64,000 nucleotides of DNA, from assembly GCA_021613535.1 (NCBI GenBank), contig CP075495.1, positions 3,720,001 through 3,784,000 on the forward strand, written 5' to 3'. Position numbers and translations under genes: made by a program. Each line of letters begins with the position of its first letter. Within the stretch, counting starts at the first letter, position 1. Under the pieces are notes generated by a model. That model made no database searches, had not been told where the DNA came from, and was given only the letters and a program-made list of their open reading frames with translations. The DNA is from Adineta vaga (taxonomy: Eukaryota; Animalia; Rotifera). Below are positions 22,901-38,280 of this stretch, piece by piece.

Positions 22901-25685
22901 ATTGCATGTTGTCTTTCTTTCTGTTCATTATTGATGATCGTATCAGTATAATTCTTTGGCTTACACGAACAACAACATATATGTATATGTTGAGATGAAA
23001 ATTGTTCTGACAATAAAAAAAACATCACTAGGAGTAGCAGTATTAGCACAAGATGAAACTAAAGACAGAGATAGAAAGATAGAAAGATAGAAAGAACGAC
23101 AAAGGAAAAAGAAGAAGAAGAGAGAGATGAGATGTTGATTAACGGTCTGGACCGTCTCGCTTTTTTGCCTATCTCTTCCTTTTCCTCTTTTTTCTTCTTT
23201 CTCCAGCTGCTGCTGCTTCTTCTTCTTCTTCTTCTTTTTTACATATTCAATAATAATCTAGTAGTGTCGTTTCTTTCAGATTTTGACTTCAACTAACATT
23301 CTCTCATTCATCTCTACATTTATCTTGTACAGGTAATAAGCTATCTATATTCATGTTCTATTATAAATAAAAGAAACAAATGATGCTCTCAATCCAATTA
23401 TGCTTAACGCATGTTACCGAATTGTGTGGGTGTACGATCATCTTTGTCTCTCATCCCATCCTAAGTACTACAGGAAACTACATTTTGAATAAAAGTGTTT
23501 GTTCTAAGATTACTTCCTGCCTAAATGCGTAGGCTTTCATATATAGAAAGGGAGAGAATGTATGTGTGTGTGTGTGCTAATAGTAGTGTGGTATACATTT
23601 ATGCGGAACTGTATGCTCGATAGTCTAAGTCTCTCATTAGACTTGGAGAATGAGCATTCATCTTCCTATCGTCATATATAATCTCATTAGATTCTTTGAA
23701 CATCGTTGATTTTAGTGTTCTAATGTTGATGTGACAGTCGTTAGAAGGAAGATGATTCTCTTCTTTCTTATCATTCATCGACTATTAGATGTCGTAGACA
23801 AGCTCCTACACTGCTCATCCGCAGTTCCGAACGTCTCTTATTTGATCGTCAGAAAAACGAGTGTGTGTGAGAGAGAGAGAGAGAGAACGAGCAAAGAAAA
23901 GACGAGAGATTAGTATTTGTTGAAAATTTTTTTAGCGTTCACAACATCGTATATGCGGCAAATGCACGACACATTTAGATTCCAACAAAAAATGACGGAT
24001 ATACGTAAAAAAAAGAAGAAAATTAGATAGAAAGGAAAAATAAATAAAAGATTATTTGAGAATCTCATTCTACTTTGAATAGCTAACTCAATAGAATTTT
24101 GCAAGTAAGTAAAAAAGATTGATTTCATTACAAATTCATTCTTTTTCATCAATCAAAGAAAATGATATTTCATAAAATGATATGAAATACTCGAGATTTT
24201 CTGTCAGAAAAAATCTTTTCTTTATCAAATTCTTTTTATAGTAATAGTTAGTTAGTATTTTCCGTTTCATGTTCTATGGCAAGCTTGTTATTTTTCTAAT
24301 TGACATCACGCACATGCATACGATGAACGATACACATGTTTTCTGGTCACGCAATCGACTAATTGAGGTCACTAAACATCCGTGTCTCTAGTTCGACAGA
24401 TATCTTTGATAGATGATAATTATCTTTTGATATGAGATTTGAAGTTCTTCTTGTCCTTCAAATAGATAAAGAATCAAAACATCAAACAAATGGATGTGAC
24501 CATTTGGTAAAGAAGAAAAGATATTCTGCTATTTTTATATTATTATTGTGTAAAAAGAGAGAGAAAAAGTAATGTCGTTGCATACATATGTTTTCATAGT
24601 TTACAGGATTGTTGATTAAAAATCGTATAGATAATTCAAGATTTGTATAGAATTTCTAGACGAAAGAGAGAGAAACTTCTAAATATTTGTTGATGTTAAA
24701 TATCATATGGAGAAGTGTTTTACATCATCTTAAAAGGAAATTGTATTTGCCAACTACTTTTAGTCCATCATTTGTATCAAATCACACGATTGAAAGCTAG
24801 TTTTGTATTTTGATTTCTATGATGGATTCAATTTTGTTCCTCTTTTCTTCTTTCTCACATTGTGGTCTGTTTATTGTTGTCGACAGCTGAACATATATGC
24901 TTTAAGTAGAAGAGTACATCTCTTCAGAAGGAAAATAACTGAGAATGAGTGGAATAAAGATAATTTATTACAGATTTCCTCTTTCTCTCCCTGTCATTGT
25001 ATTATCTACATTCGCTTGTTGGATAAATAGAACTGTCAAAATGGCCGAGAGTTCTTGAAAGAATGATAATAGAATCGGATGATAGTTATAAGACAGATAG
25101 ACAAGTAAAAGAAAATAGAGCTGAAAAGAAAAATCGCTTTTCCGCTTAGGAAGAGAATTAATCGTTCACCGATCATGTCGTAATGAATTATTAATACCAC
25201 AAAGAGAAAGAAGCACCCAACAATGAATACCGATAGTAAAATATTGATGATTCTCCCTTGAGTTTTTCAATAAAAATATAAAATATAGAGGGAAAGAAAA
25301 GGAGAGAGGATGAGGGAGAGAACGAAAGCAATTATGAGAGAGAGAGAGAGAAAAGACGAACGAGACAACGAGTGATAGATGCCAATAGTTCGCTTCAATT
25401 TTTCTCTGACGGCACTACATCCGGAAAAGAGAGAAGGGTACTCGACATAGAAAAAAAAGAGAAAATCAAGACTCTTCATTGCAACAAAATCTGTACTAAA
25501 AAGAAATTCTTTGATGACAAAATCTTACACTTAACGAAGACAGTGTACAAAATGTCCTTTTCTCTTTCTAGGTACCCTTCTCCCTTCGTTTTTACACATT
25601 TCTCACGACCTACCTGCCCTTGATTTTCACCTACTAAATCTGTCCCTATACTTATCAAATCAATACACAAGACTAAACGCAAATT

Positions 25686-27335
<1,650 letters not shown>

Positions 27336-30300
27336 TCTGTGTTTTATTCATTCATTTCTTCGTCGTTTTCTTCTTTTCCTTTTTATTTATTGACTAACAC
27401 ACACACACACACAAAAACAAAGAAAACTTTCTATCAACGTATTTACTACGACTAACAAATCACATCTCTTTTACATACATACTTGTACATGATCAATTCA
27501 AGTATTTTGTCGTTTTCTTCTATGCAATCTTCCGGTTCGTAGCTATGTATTGCTGCACTACCGATTGACTGCTTGGGTGTTTGTTTTTCTCACTTACAGT
27601 CGATCATTTTTTTGTACTTGTATGTCTATATGTTTTCTTTTCTGTATTTGAGTGTATTTTTTATTTATATGCAATTGACATGTTGTCTGTCTTATCTATG
27701 GTATGATGCAACGATATAGATTAATGTATGTATGTATGTATGTAGCTGTGCAACAGTGATCGACTAAATTATTATTTTTATTTCATTATCATGAACATCA
27801 TCATCATCATTTTCTTCTTCTTCTTGTTTTTTTTCTCTCATATATTTAAATAATTGAAAATAGAAAAAAGCACGACTCATCCGTAAGATATGAGTTTTTC
27901 TTTCTTCGTAAGCTATTTTTTGCTCTATCTCATCTTTGTTCTTTCAGTTTTGTTTGTTTGTTTGTTTTTCTGCACTCTAGATGACATAAGCAAAGTGTGT
28001 TTGTATGAAAGAGGTTTTTTTTTCTCTCGAAAGTTTATTTTGTTGTTATTATATCAGACAAAAATTCACCCAAAAAAAATGCAACAGACAGAAGATCAAT
28101 TTAGCACTGTTTTTTCTTTACTATGAAAAAAGAAAACGATGAGAATTTTCTCCTTGGATCATTTTACATCGAAAGATAAAGAAATAGATCTGATATCTAA
28201 TTGATCAAATATCGACGAAGTTTGATAAATATTTCTTCGAGATATTTAATAAAGAATGTAAACAATGAAAGATTAAGATTAATTTCATCTTTTTCTATTT
28301 GTATCTATTAATTGATAATGATAATCGAGAACATATCTTTTTACTTAATTAGGAATTAAGATTCTGTTTTTTAGTAATATTAATTTAATATACAATAGAA
28401 CTGTTTATTCGCCGGATAATTTACATTTTACCATTTCCATATGGTGAATGACGTCAAAAGGTTATTGATAATATCTTTTACTTCGAATTGTTTATTATCC
28501 TAAATGTCTTCTTTCCTTCGAGATGATAAAAACAGTTTTTTATTTTCGAGAATTTTATTTCAATAATTTAACTAAGTTAATGTTGAACTTTAATCTCAAT
28601 GAATAATAGATGTATACTATGTTATGTTAATTTTCGTGAAATACTCAACTATAAAATGTTATTATTCGTTGAGATTAGATGTATCATTTTAAATGATTTC
28701 CCAACTGTATTCTCTAAACAAGTAGGTTTTGATTTGTTTCATTTTTTCCTAATTGTATGATGTTATTGTAGCAAGAAATAATTTATTTATCGAACTTTAT
28801 GAATATAGTTGAACTTTAAATAATGAATGAAGACCTAGAGAAAGTTAAAATAGATATTTAGGTACATAACAATCACTCGCTTGCCACGAAAATAAGGATG
28901 CCGTTTAGAACAATGACGTGTTATTATTCAATCAAATTATTGAATAGAATACATGATGGTATATTCAAAGAAGAACTAATGATAGATACTGCAGACCTGA
29001 AAGCTCAGTTCAATATCAATCAGTGAAATGAAAGAAAGTTTTTTTTCTACACTCAATGGATTCATGAGACTATGATTTTTATCTCTTTGAACAGCAAAAT
29101 TACAGACTCCTGGTTGTTTTTCGTTGGTTGATGGCTTACAACTAGGAATACATACATTGAAAATTGTGAACTCGTTCTGTGGTTGACCTACTTGTTTTAG
29201 TTTTCTGATTGTTTGAACATGCTATAGTGCTGATATGCATAATGTTGAACAGTACTGATAAATGTGATGCATTATATGGAATAGCGCTCGTTAAATATCG
29301 ATGAATAGTTTTCATCATGCCGATATACATCGTCGTCGTGTCGGTGGAGTACTATCATTCACGTACAGATTGTAATTAGAACAATTATTGTACCCGTGAG
29401 GATAAGAGAGTGATAGGAGAAATGAATGATATCAGCACGTTTAATTAAAAAGTACAATAATTCTGATTTACTTTGTGTACTATGCTCTCATAAATCTGTA
29501 TCTCGAGAACCGCTTCTTGATGTATGATTGTGTTTCAAAACTGCCATTTTATGTTCCTATCTATTCCAGATTCTAAGTACTCTTGAATATCTTCGTGATC
29601 TCAACTTGGAAAATGATACCCTGTTTTAATATTAAGAGACGATCGTTAATAAAATCTGAAATCTTTAATTATAGTATCTCAATACGAAATAAAACACCAC
29701 GATTCGTAAAAAATGTGAGCTCTGTTCTATTTCAAGTGTTGTCTTCCATCTCTAATAAGGATTAGAAATAGGAGTTAAATATAGGTTTTCGAGTAGAAAG
29801 ATGAGATTAGTTGATAGCGAGAAATATTTATTAGGCTTTTCAAGGCAACCAAAGTATTATCAGTGTGAAATAAGAATTAAGGATTACCAAAAAAACAGAT
29901 TTTTTAAAGAGCACATTGTATCATAGAGTCATTATCCCTACTTTTATTGTTCTCTAAATATCCTATCATCATGCAGCACATTTCAGTTTCATATGAATTT
30001 TGACTATTAAAATTTTTATATCGTATTTTCTAGAATGAAACAGATGTATAGCAAGATTAAGTAATATCATTTCTTTACGTAACTATTTATAACATTTAGT
30101 TCAATAAATGATGACAATTGCAATCGAACCTTCTGAGTACGTGAAGCTCATTGACATAAGTATAAACCTTGTCAGATGACAATGATATTTGACACAAATT
30201 ACACAAAACAGAGGTTACTGTTCATAAGCTAGCTGTTTCTTGATTGATATGTAACTAGCTGTTATTTATATATTCTCTTCGTATTGGATTGAAATGTCTG

Positions 30301-30732
30301 TAAACAGTTCTATTATCTCAAACAATGAATTAATATTCATCATAGTACTAGATTGAAATTGTCTTTCAGATTGTACGTAATAATCTTTATAAGACTGAAT
30401 AGGGAACTGCAAACAATTTCTATCTAATAGCTATGCTTTTTCTGTTCTTTCTTCTATTGTCGGGTTTCCATACAGTCAAAAGACATCATATTTTCTTCTT
30501 TCGGTGCATTGCTTCCACAGATTTACTCTCTTTTTTTCCATTCGATTAGCACATAATCAATAACAAACTAATGCAGATAAGACATACTGACTTATGCGAT
30601 AAAATTAGAGTAAAATTTATTTCTGTTATTGAATAAATAACGAAGAAAAGATAAAAGAAGAAATCGAGTGAAGAAAAAGAAAACACTATCAAAAGAAGAA
30701 AAAAAAGAGAAAAAAACGGATAGCACCTGTGT

Positions 30733-32151
30733 TTATTTATTCGTTTGAGCAATAAATGATGATGAAGACGAAGGATGATGATGATGATAATGATGTAAAT
30801 GATGTTTTTGTAAAACAAATGTAGGTTCATCTGCATTAACTCCATGACATCGTTGCATATGAGTTTTGAGACCTTGTCGTAATTTGAATTTCTTTGGACA
30901 ACGTATACATTCAAAATTTCTTATGGCAACATGAACAATACTATGGTGACGATTGAGATTCGATTTATTGGAAAAATCACGACCACATAGAAGGCATGGA
31001 AATTTTTTTGGAAGTGGATTGGGTTTAACAGGAACACTTTCATGTTCATCAATGGTGTTGGTCGATGATGGTGATATAGATGAAGATTTAAACATTTGTT
31101 GATGTTGTTGAGCAAGTAGTGCAGCATGATGTGGGTTTGAAACAATAGCAATCAATGCACCAGTCGTTGGATCAAGAAATGGTGTTGTTACCGCTGCTGC
31201 TGTTGTTGATGGAGATGTATTTGATAACGGTTTATATGGAGAAGTAAATGATAAATCATGACCATTAAGAGAAGATGAAAATATATTTGATCGATGATCT
31301 TTAGGTGAATGAGAACCAAAGATAAGACTAGGAGAAAATTTCGTTATTGGATGAGTAATTGGTGAACCTTGATAGTTTTAGAATATATATATATATATAT
31401 ATATATTGAAGTGTTAAAATTTGAGTTCTTACTTGATCGTCTAGGATGATTACTTAATGTTGATGATAATTCAAGATTCTAAAAACAAAATGTCGTTTTG
31501 TTTGATTGAAAAACAAGAATAAAATTATTACTTTATCTTCGAGATTAATTTTATGTGCTACATTGCATTTACGTCGTTTAGCACCGACTAATGTCGTTGG
31601 TACTGGTGGTAGTATTGAAGGCGATGAGTATCCATTTCCATTAGTTTTGATTACTGTTCGAGGTTTTTCTTCGCCTTCTTCTGTATCATCATCTTCATAT
31701 AATGGCATTTGCTACAAACAAATCTTACAAATGTAAAACAAAGAAAATTAATCAATGAAAACTTTACTTGATGATTGTTACTAAAAGCGTTTGTTCGTTG
31801 TCGTTGACCTTGTATAATTAATGCTCGTTTAGAAAGACTATGTTCAATTTTTTTCATTAGAATTTGTTTATCATGATTAAGTTGTTCAATGTCAGTTTGA
31901 ATTTGTTCAAGTTGTCGAATTGTATCACAACAACGAAAACATGTTGAACGATTATTAATTATACCATGTTCATTTTCACGCCATAATTGTTCAAATTTTA
32001 AAGACGATGATATTAATCGTTCGATTGACGACATCGAACAACGATTTGCAGATCTTCTCGTCGAAGATGAATAACCATTTGTATATGTTTTAGTAGATAA
32101 AAGTGCATAACATAAGGAACATCGATTTGTTTTTGTGTTAAATATATACAT
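30733..32151 (-). CDS. C2H2 zinc-finger transcription factor with N-terminal ZAD-like C4 domain and poly-His tail
   Basis: Exons 32151-31768, 31711-31532, 31478-31433 and 31367-30733. Two fingers: CLLC..FSNKSNLNRHHSIVH and CIRC..FKLRQGLKTHMQRCH. N-terminal CSLC-x56-CFRC followed by a coiled coil. Confidence 0.88.
31383..31406. repeat. (AT)n microsatellite in zinc-finger gene intron
   Basis: Direct observation of ~12 AT units. Confidence 0.9.
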
Positions 32152-34430
32152 ATTGAAAGATGTTTGATCAGTTTAATTTACAGTCGAAAGTAGAATGACC
32201 TTTAGATTTATTTGTTTGTTTGTTTGTTTTTTGTGTATATAGATATATATCGTTTTGGTTTTTATTTCATTTATAAGTGGTGGTGATGGTGATGAGTATG
32301 ATGGTCGTCGTTGTGATATTCATGCTGCTATTCTCCTGTTGATAATGTTAGTAGAATAGAAACGCTCCAGGATGATACATTTTCCGTATCGAATATCAAG
32401 CCAAAATGACGACTAGATGTGCACAAACGCACTCGATCTTTAGTAGAGTGAGGAGAACAACAACAACAACAAGATATTTTCTGATCTCTTTCTATTTCTC
32501 TCGTTCTCTCCGAGTGACTTGCATAATCTTGCGCTTTTTCTGGTAGCATTCGTTGTCGCTTGTACAATTCCCGTATATCTCTCTCTCTCTCTTCTTATGT
32601 ATGTTTCTGTTTCTCCATCTCTTCTGTCTCTGTCTCTCACACAATTCTCTTCTTTGTACACGTCATTACATCACTGCGCTGACTTTCGTCACTAGCGTAT
32701 ATGGGCGATCCTTGATGTGTATATATGTGCGCCCCTTGGAAGATTGTTTCTTTCCTAAACGCCATGTATATGTGCGAGTCATGCGTTCTCTGAAATGAGA
32801 TGACAAACATTCGAGTCGATCAACATTTTTTGATAGACCGACGTCCGTTCTACTACTAGTAAAGCAAAAGAACAAGAAGAAGTAGAAGAACATAGAAAGA
32901 AAGAGAACAAGAAGAAAATGGATTTTCCTTCTTCTCAGCAGTAGTTATAACGATGATGATGATGATGATGATGATTATGACGACGACTAAGATCACCGTT
33001 CGTTCTTATCATTATAAACAGGAACTAGCGACCAACACAGCATGTATAATGCATAATGGAGCAATGAGTGATGGCTAAATCATCAACAAGAATTTGCCTT
33101 TCTAACCAAATAAAATAGATGGATGAATGAGTGGGTGGGTGTGAAAAAAATCCGCATGATTCCTCTCATTTCATTGACGTAGGCAACCTAATGATATAAA
33201 AGTATACATGTAAACAGTAGTTGTAGATGTACTTTCTTATCAATTTGATTTTCGATGAACGTTAGCAAATAGATAACAATTCATTCTAATATGATGTATG
33301 AAAATGAGAAACAGCTATAAAATAAAATAATATCGAATATTACAATATGATTTTTATCTTCCATATTTAATATAGTTTTTAGTTCTCTATATAATCAGAG
33401 TATGTACATATATATCCATTGTGTTGATTTGCTTAATTTCTTCCTGTGATATGAAATATGCTATCAAAGTCCCATCCATTTCTGTAATCTTCTTTCTTTG
33501 AGTACAACAGTTGATTGAATTACTTTTCTGACTCCTTTCATCATTCAAGGTTTGACCGAGCATGCATTCATAAACATCTTCGCTCCGCTCTTCTCTCGTC
33601 AGCATCCGTTGACGATGGATAGCAACTAGTCGAGATAACGTCGTATAGATATATACAACAACAAATGAGACAGAGAAAAAGACAAAGTGTGAAATATACA
33701 TGTATTGCTTGAGAAACGCGAGTATGTATCGTACTATCAATACATTAAAAAAGACAACAACAGCCCTCCCTTTTCTTTGCATCTCTCTCTCTCTCTCTCA
33801 TTGCCTGTCCTCTACTCTTATTGTATTGTGTACGTGTTATTTGCACAACGCTGATTGACATCACCCATGAGCAGCAGTAACAGCAGCCGCTCGGATATGG
33901 CGACATAAAGAAAAGATATGGAAAAAAAGATGGGTAAAGAGGGAGGAATGGATGGATGGATAAAGGGGGTGATTTTTGAAGGAGACATTTCTGTGTTGTA
34001 CAATAACGTCAAGAAAGAGTAGGAGAATGTTGCCATTTGCGTTTCAAGTGACTGACGCACACAAGCAAGGCAACTACCCTCATCATCATCATCCTTTTTC
34101 TTCTTCTTCTTCTCTCCACAAAAGTAGCAGTAGTTCTGCAGAATAGGAAGTAGAATAACGAACAGCGAGAGAAACAATATATACATATGCTGTGAAGGCA
34201 ATGATACTAATCATTTTTTTTGTTGCAATGGGCATATGTTCTTCTTGTTACTGATGTTCGGGAAAAAAATCTGGAAATGCTATATAACTAATAAACAAAA
34301 ATCTTTTTTCATTATTTTTCATATTCATAATGATTGATAAAAAGAAATCTGATGTGTTTATTGTTTTCAAAAAAAAAAGAATTTATAAAAGAAAGAAGTG
34401 ATTTCAGTAAAGACAAAAGAACACGTCGTA

Positions 34431-36539
34431 TTATGCTGTTGTTGTATTTGGTTCAGGTGTAATTGGTGGTATTCGAGCAAGTCTATGTAGTTTAGGCATT
34501 GATGTATCTCGTTCATTATTATCATCATCACTACTATCATAATTTTGTGATGGATGTAATAAATCATTTGCTATTTGTAGAATAGCAAGATCACTTCGTT
34601 GACCGACAGGTTTTAATGTTTGACTTTCGTCAAAATAATTTGTATATTTCGACAAACCAGTCTACGAATAGAATAAACAAGCAATTAAATAAATGTCAAA
34701 AGAATAATGTATTTATTACTTGATATTGTCGAGGATCGCCTTTTTTCAGTCGAGAATCTTCATAAAGAACACCAGGCACTGGCTGAATAAGATCACCTAC
34801 TTCAGTAGATTGTTCTGGAAGAACTAGAATAAACAGAAAAAAGAAAAGAAAATTTTGATTAAATATATTAAATAGAAAATTTCAATCAACAGACTAATTT
34901 TAACGGATGCATATTTTGATGATGATCGTTCTGTTTTCAATTGTGGTGGTTGTTTTGTTGACGATGGACGAACTTCTATTGCAGGTTTTCGTGCTTTAAC
35001 AACGTCACATTTCATACGTATACTATACGAAACCATAGAAAAACATCACAAAGAAAAATCATCGAAATAATCAAACTTTTTCGGTTGTATTTTATCTGGA
35101 TCAAGTTTTGTCATAGCAATCACATTACCATGATGATCAAGATCCAATTCTCGATAGCCAGGTGGTCGACTAAGAATACCCTTTGAATAGAACGAGACGA
35201 CACAAAATGAAATGAAAAAAAAACTGAATTTATTTCATTGATTACTTTCAATATTGCATGTGTAGCGAGTGGAGCTTTAGAAATAACTTCTTCAATCTGT
35301 TGGTCATCATGCACTTTTGATTCATTGATTTTCTTTTGACTTTTACCAGTTCCTGTTTCACTCATATTTGTAGTCGATGCGACAAAATCAGAACCAAATT
35401 GAGATGATGTTTTTGATAAATTCATCGGTCGTCGTTTTGTATTTGTTGTTAATGGAATCGATTGAGTCGATGAACTATTTGTTACCATTCGTAGTGGCCC
35501 AAATAATTCAGATAATGGTTCAAACTGGATTTTTTTAAATAAAATAAAACAATATATACATATATATGTTATCTTAGATTTCTTGATGAATATTTACTTT
35601 CGGTGGTTGTGTTTGAATTACAAGTACATCATGATTGTAAGGCTTTTTGGAATCTTCTTCAGTTAATGATTCTTTACGATGTGATAATTGATCATTAGTA
35701 TCAGTATTCGTCCATGGATCGAGTTTAATTTGATGTTGACTATCGACGGATTCATTGATTTTTGGAAGTTTTTTATGTCGACTATCCGAATGTGATGAAC
35801 GAATAGAACTGCTGGTAGACGAACCAGTTGAAGGACGTTGTGTTCGATCAAGAGGTCCATGTTTGGAAACACGAACAGGTGCTGTCGATGGACGACCACC
35901 CATTGATGTTGGTGATTCTTCCATTCTATACAATGAAATAATCATTAATATGAAGAGAAAAAAATGAAGAAGAATAAAACTAACGTTGGATTTTGTTCTT
36001 CACGACATGCTGGTACAACACCTTCACCCCAATTATCCATAAGACATGGTATAGGTTCTATGAAATTCAAAAATAAATTCGAAAAAAAGGTCAAAGTAGT
36101 TCTTTTATTTACCTGCGTCTTCTGTCCAAAACTGACCCGAACTTGGATTTGGTTCATCTCTTTCTAGAAATGCCCACTAAATTAACACAAAATATAATAT
36201 AGATGATTATGTATAATGATATTTTTCTCTTTTTACTTGAATGACATGGGATAGAGCATTTTCTGTAATCATCAATGTAAATGGTAATAATTGTCTTTGC
36301 ACATGTAATTGTTGTATTTGTTTGGATGCTTCTGCCCAAATATCTTCGAATATTCCCGCAATAAAATCTTCTGTATCATCATTTTCTAGTAATGTTACCC
36401 AATCTGTTTCATTAAATTTGCCAGGAACAATTTCAACAACATTGAGTGCTTGTTTATCACCTTTATTTTGATCTTTAGATGATTTAGTTATTGATCTACC
36501 TGCTGGTCGTCCTTGCTTAGATCCAGCACGCGTTGACAT
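34431..36539 (-). CDS. C2orf81: C2orf81 homolog (DUF4639), multi-exon, disordered C-terminus
   Basis: VEIVPGKFNETDW...QLLPFT...IQ|WAFLERDE...WTEDAEPIPCLMDNWGEGVVP matches the recalled C2orf81 N-terminal motif (VDIVPGRL...WRFLARDEG...DSWAQGSVP). Confidence 0.85.
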
Positions 36540-36963
36540 TCTTTACAATCCACTTAATTATAACTTCAACTCAGAGAATACTTTGACAATTATATTAAAA
36601 GATTTCTTCAAAATAACCATTGGTAGTAGATCTTCCTTGACAACGTTTGATTGAAAGTCTATATTTTCACTACGACATCTATTCTTTGTTGATAGATGGA
36701 TTCATCTTATGTGAGAAGAAAAAAACAATATTTGTTTCATTGTCAGTATTTACTTACTGTCTAGTGATCTTCACTTGATGAATTCCATTTCACAGAACTA
36801 AAGAAATAATCGACTAATTTTAATTAATATTTTATGATTTATTTAGGACACATTGGTATTCTTTCTATCTATAACGAATTATCCGTTTCATTCAGTATTT
36901 CAAACAATGAGATATATATATAAATAAAATAAAATTTTAAAGAAAGAGATCCACGAAAACTCA

Positions 36964-38280
36964 TTAACAATAAATCCATTCGGGATGATCCTTTGGTCGA
37001 CATTGCAAAGGACATTGTCCAAATGGCATTTTTCCTTTTCCACAACATGGTCGAACACAACCAACAAAACAATTTGTTTCATTTGCTGATGGTCGTTGTG
37101 TTGGAAATGGCTCCGATGTATGTCCAAATCCTTTCGTACAAAGAAAACTATCATGTACAACGATACTTGATTTCGCCATTGGCCAAACATGAGAACTAAG
37201 AAATGTTTGATCAGCACGACCACCAAATTTTTTAATTAAATTTTTGTCATGAATTTTATTATGTATGATGCGTGATATATTTGGATATAAAGATGGTCGA
37301 AAACCCCACATACCACCAAGCATCGGTACCCCATGGTAAGGATGATCATGCATACTATGAAATGATTTATTTGAAGATAACCATGCATCAACAGCTGCAC
37401 GTTCACGTGGTGTAAAAGCAGAATCAAGATCACGACTCATCACTAAAATAAAATAAATGAAAACTCTTGACTAATGTGTTGCAGGGAAACCAATGAATTC
37501 AGCGATGTAAGTTTTCGATTCTGTCCATTCAAATATTCCATTAGGAATAACCTTTATTCTATACTTTATGAGAGTTAATAAATATTCTATAAATTTATCT
37601 TTTCAAATATACTCAACTGATAAATAGTGAGGTATTATCTAAATGCTACATCATTCAGAGTATGTCTCATGTCCTATGTAATATTATTAACGAGTATTGG
37701 AAATTTATTCCTTACTGATATCTACTGATGGATCACCGGCTGGCAAAAAACGCCAAATTTTTGGTGGTATAAACAATTTCTGTTCTACACTACAAAAATC
37801 AACATTCTGATGTTGACATTCAATAGGACAGATCACATCGGTTATATTAATTGTTTTATCATGATAAATACGTAAAATAAATCGATCAGAATATATAATA
37901 TCTAAATCTCTAATCATTTCATCAAGAAAATGAAGTGAACGATTTAATTGAAACATTCCATTTTCTTTCGGACCAAATAAACTAATAGCGATAACACGTT
38001 GATTAGGTCCACGTCGTGTTGTATATCTGCTACAAGAAGATGAATAACTTTCATTTTGTTTCGTTAATGAAGAAGGTATAATTGGAGGTAATTCTGCTCG
38101 TGAACAACTACATTCAGGTCGACGACGATAATCAGTTTGTAAGGTTGTCGAAATAAAAAATGTAGTAAAAGTAAAATTTAATACCACAAAAAAGATTAAC
38201 GAAACAAGAAAACTAGTAAAAATGAAAAAAGTAAAGCGACCATTAAGTGATGACATTGAAAATTCAGATGTCCTCATCAC
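36964..38280 (-). CDS. Type II membrane putative glycosyltransferase-like protein (WRF...RDLDS...DHPYH...LGGMWG family)
   Basis: Two exons (38280-37716 and 37442-36964) join as KIWRFLPAGDPSVDIMMSRDLDS. N-terminal signal-anchor, DxD-like motif and Cys-rich C-terminus. Confidence 0.8.

Noticed and set aside
27473-27765. Complementary segments in the PCBP 3'UTR (AGTCGATCA/TGATCGACT; ACATACATAC/GTATGTATGT)
   Set aside because: Short, partly microsatellite-derived and not nested; cannot be distinguished from chance without covariation data.
32328-34201. Several 70-130 aa ORFs upstream of the zinc-finger gene
   Set aside because: Low-complexity, microsatellite-driven translations without domains or splice support; more likely regulatory DNA.
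36631-36644. Possible RFX X-box upstream of the ciliary-type gene C2orf81
   Set aside because: Only the GACAAC half-site fits; the other half lacks the GT.
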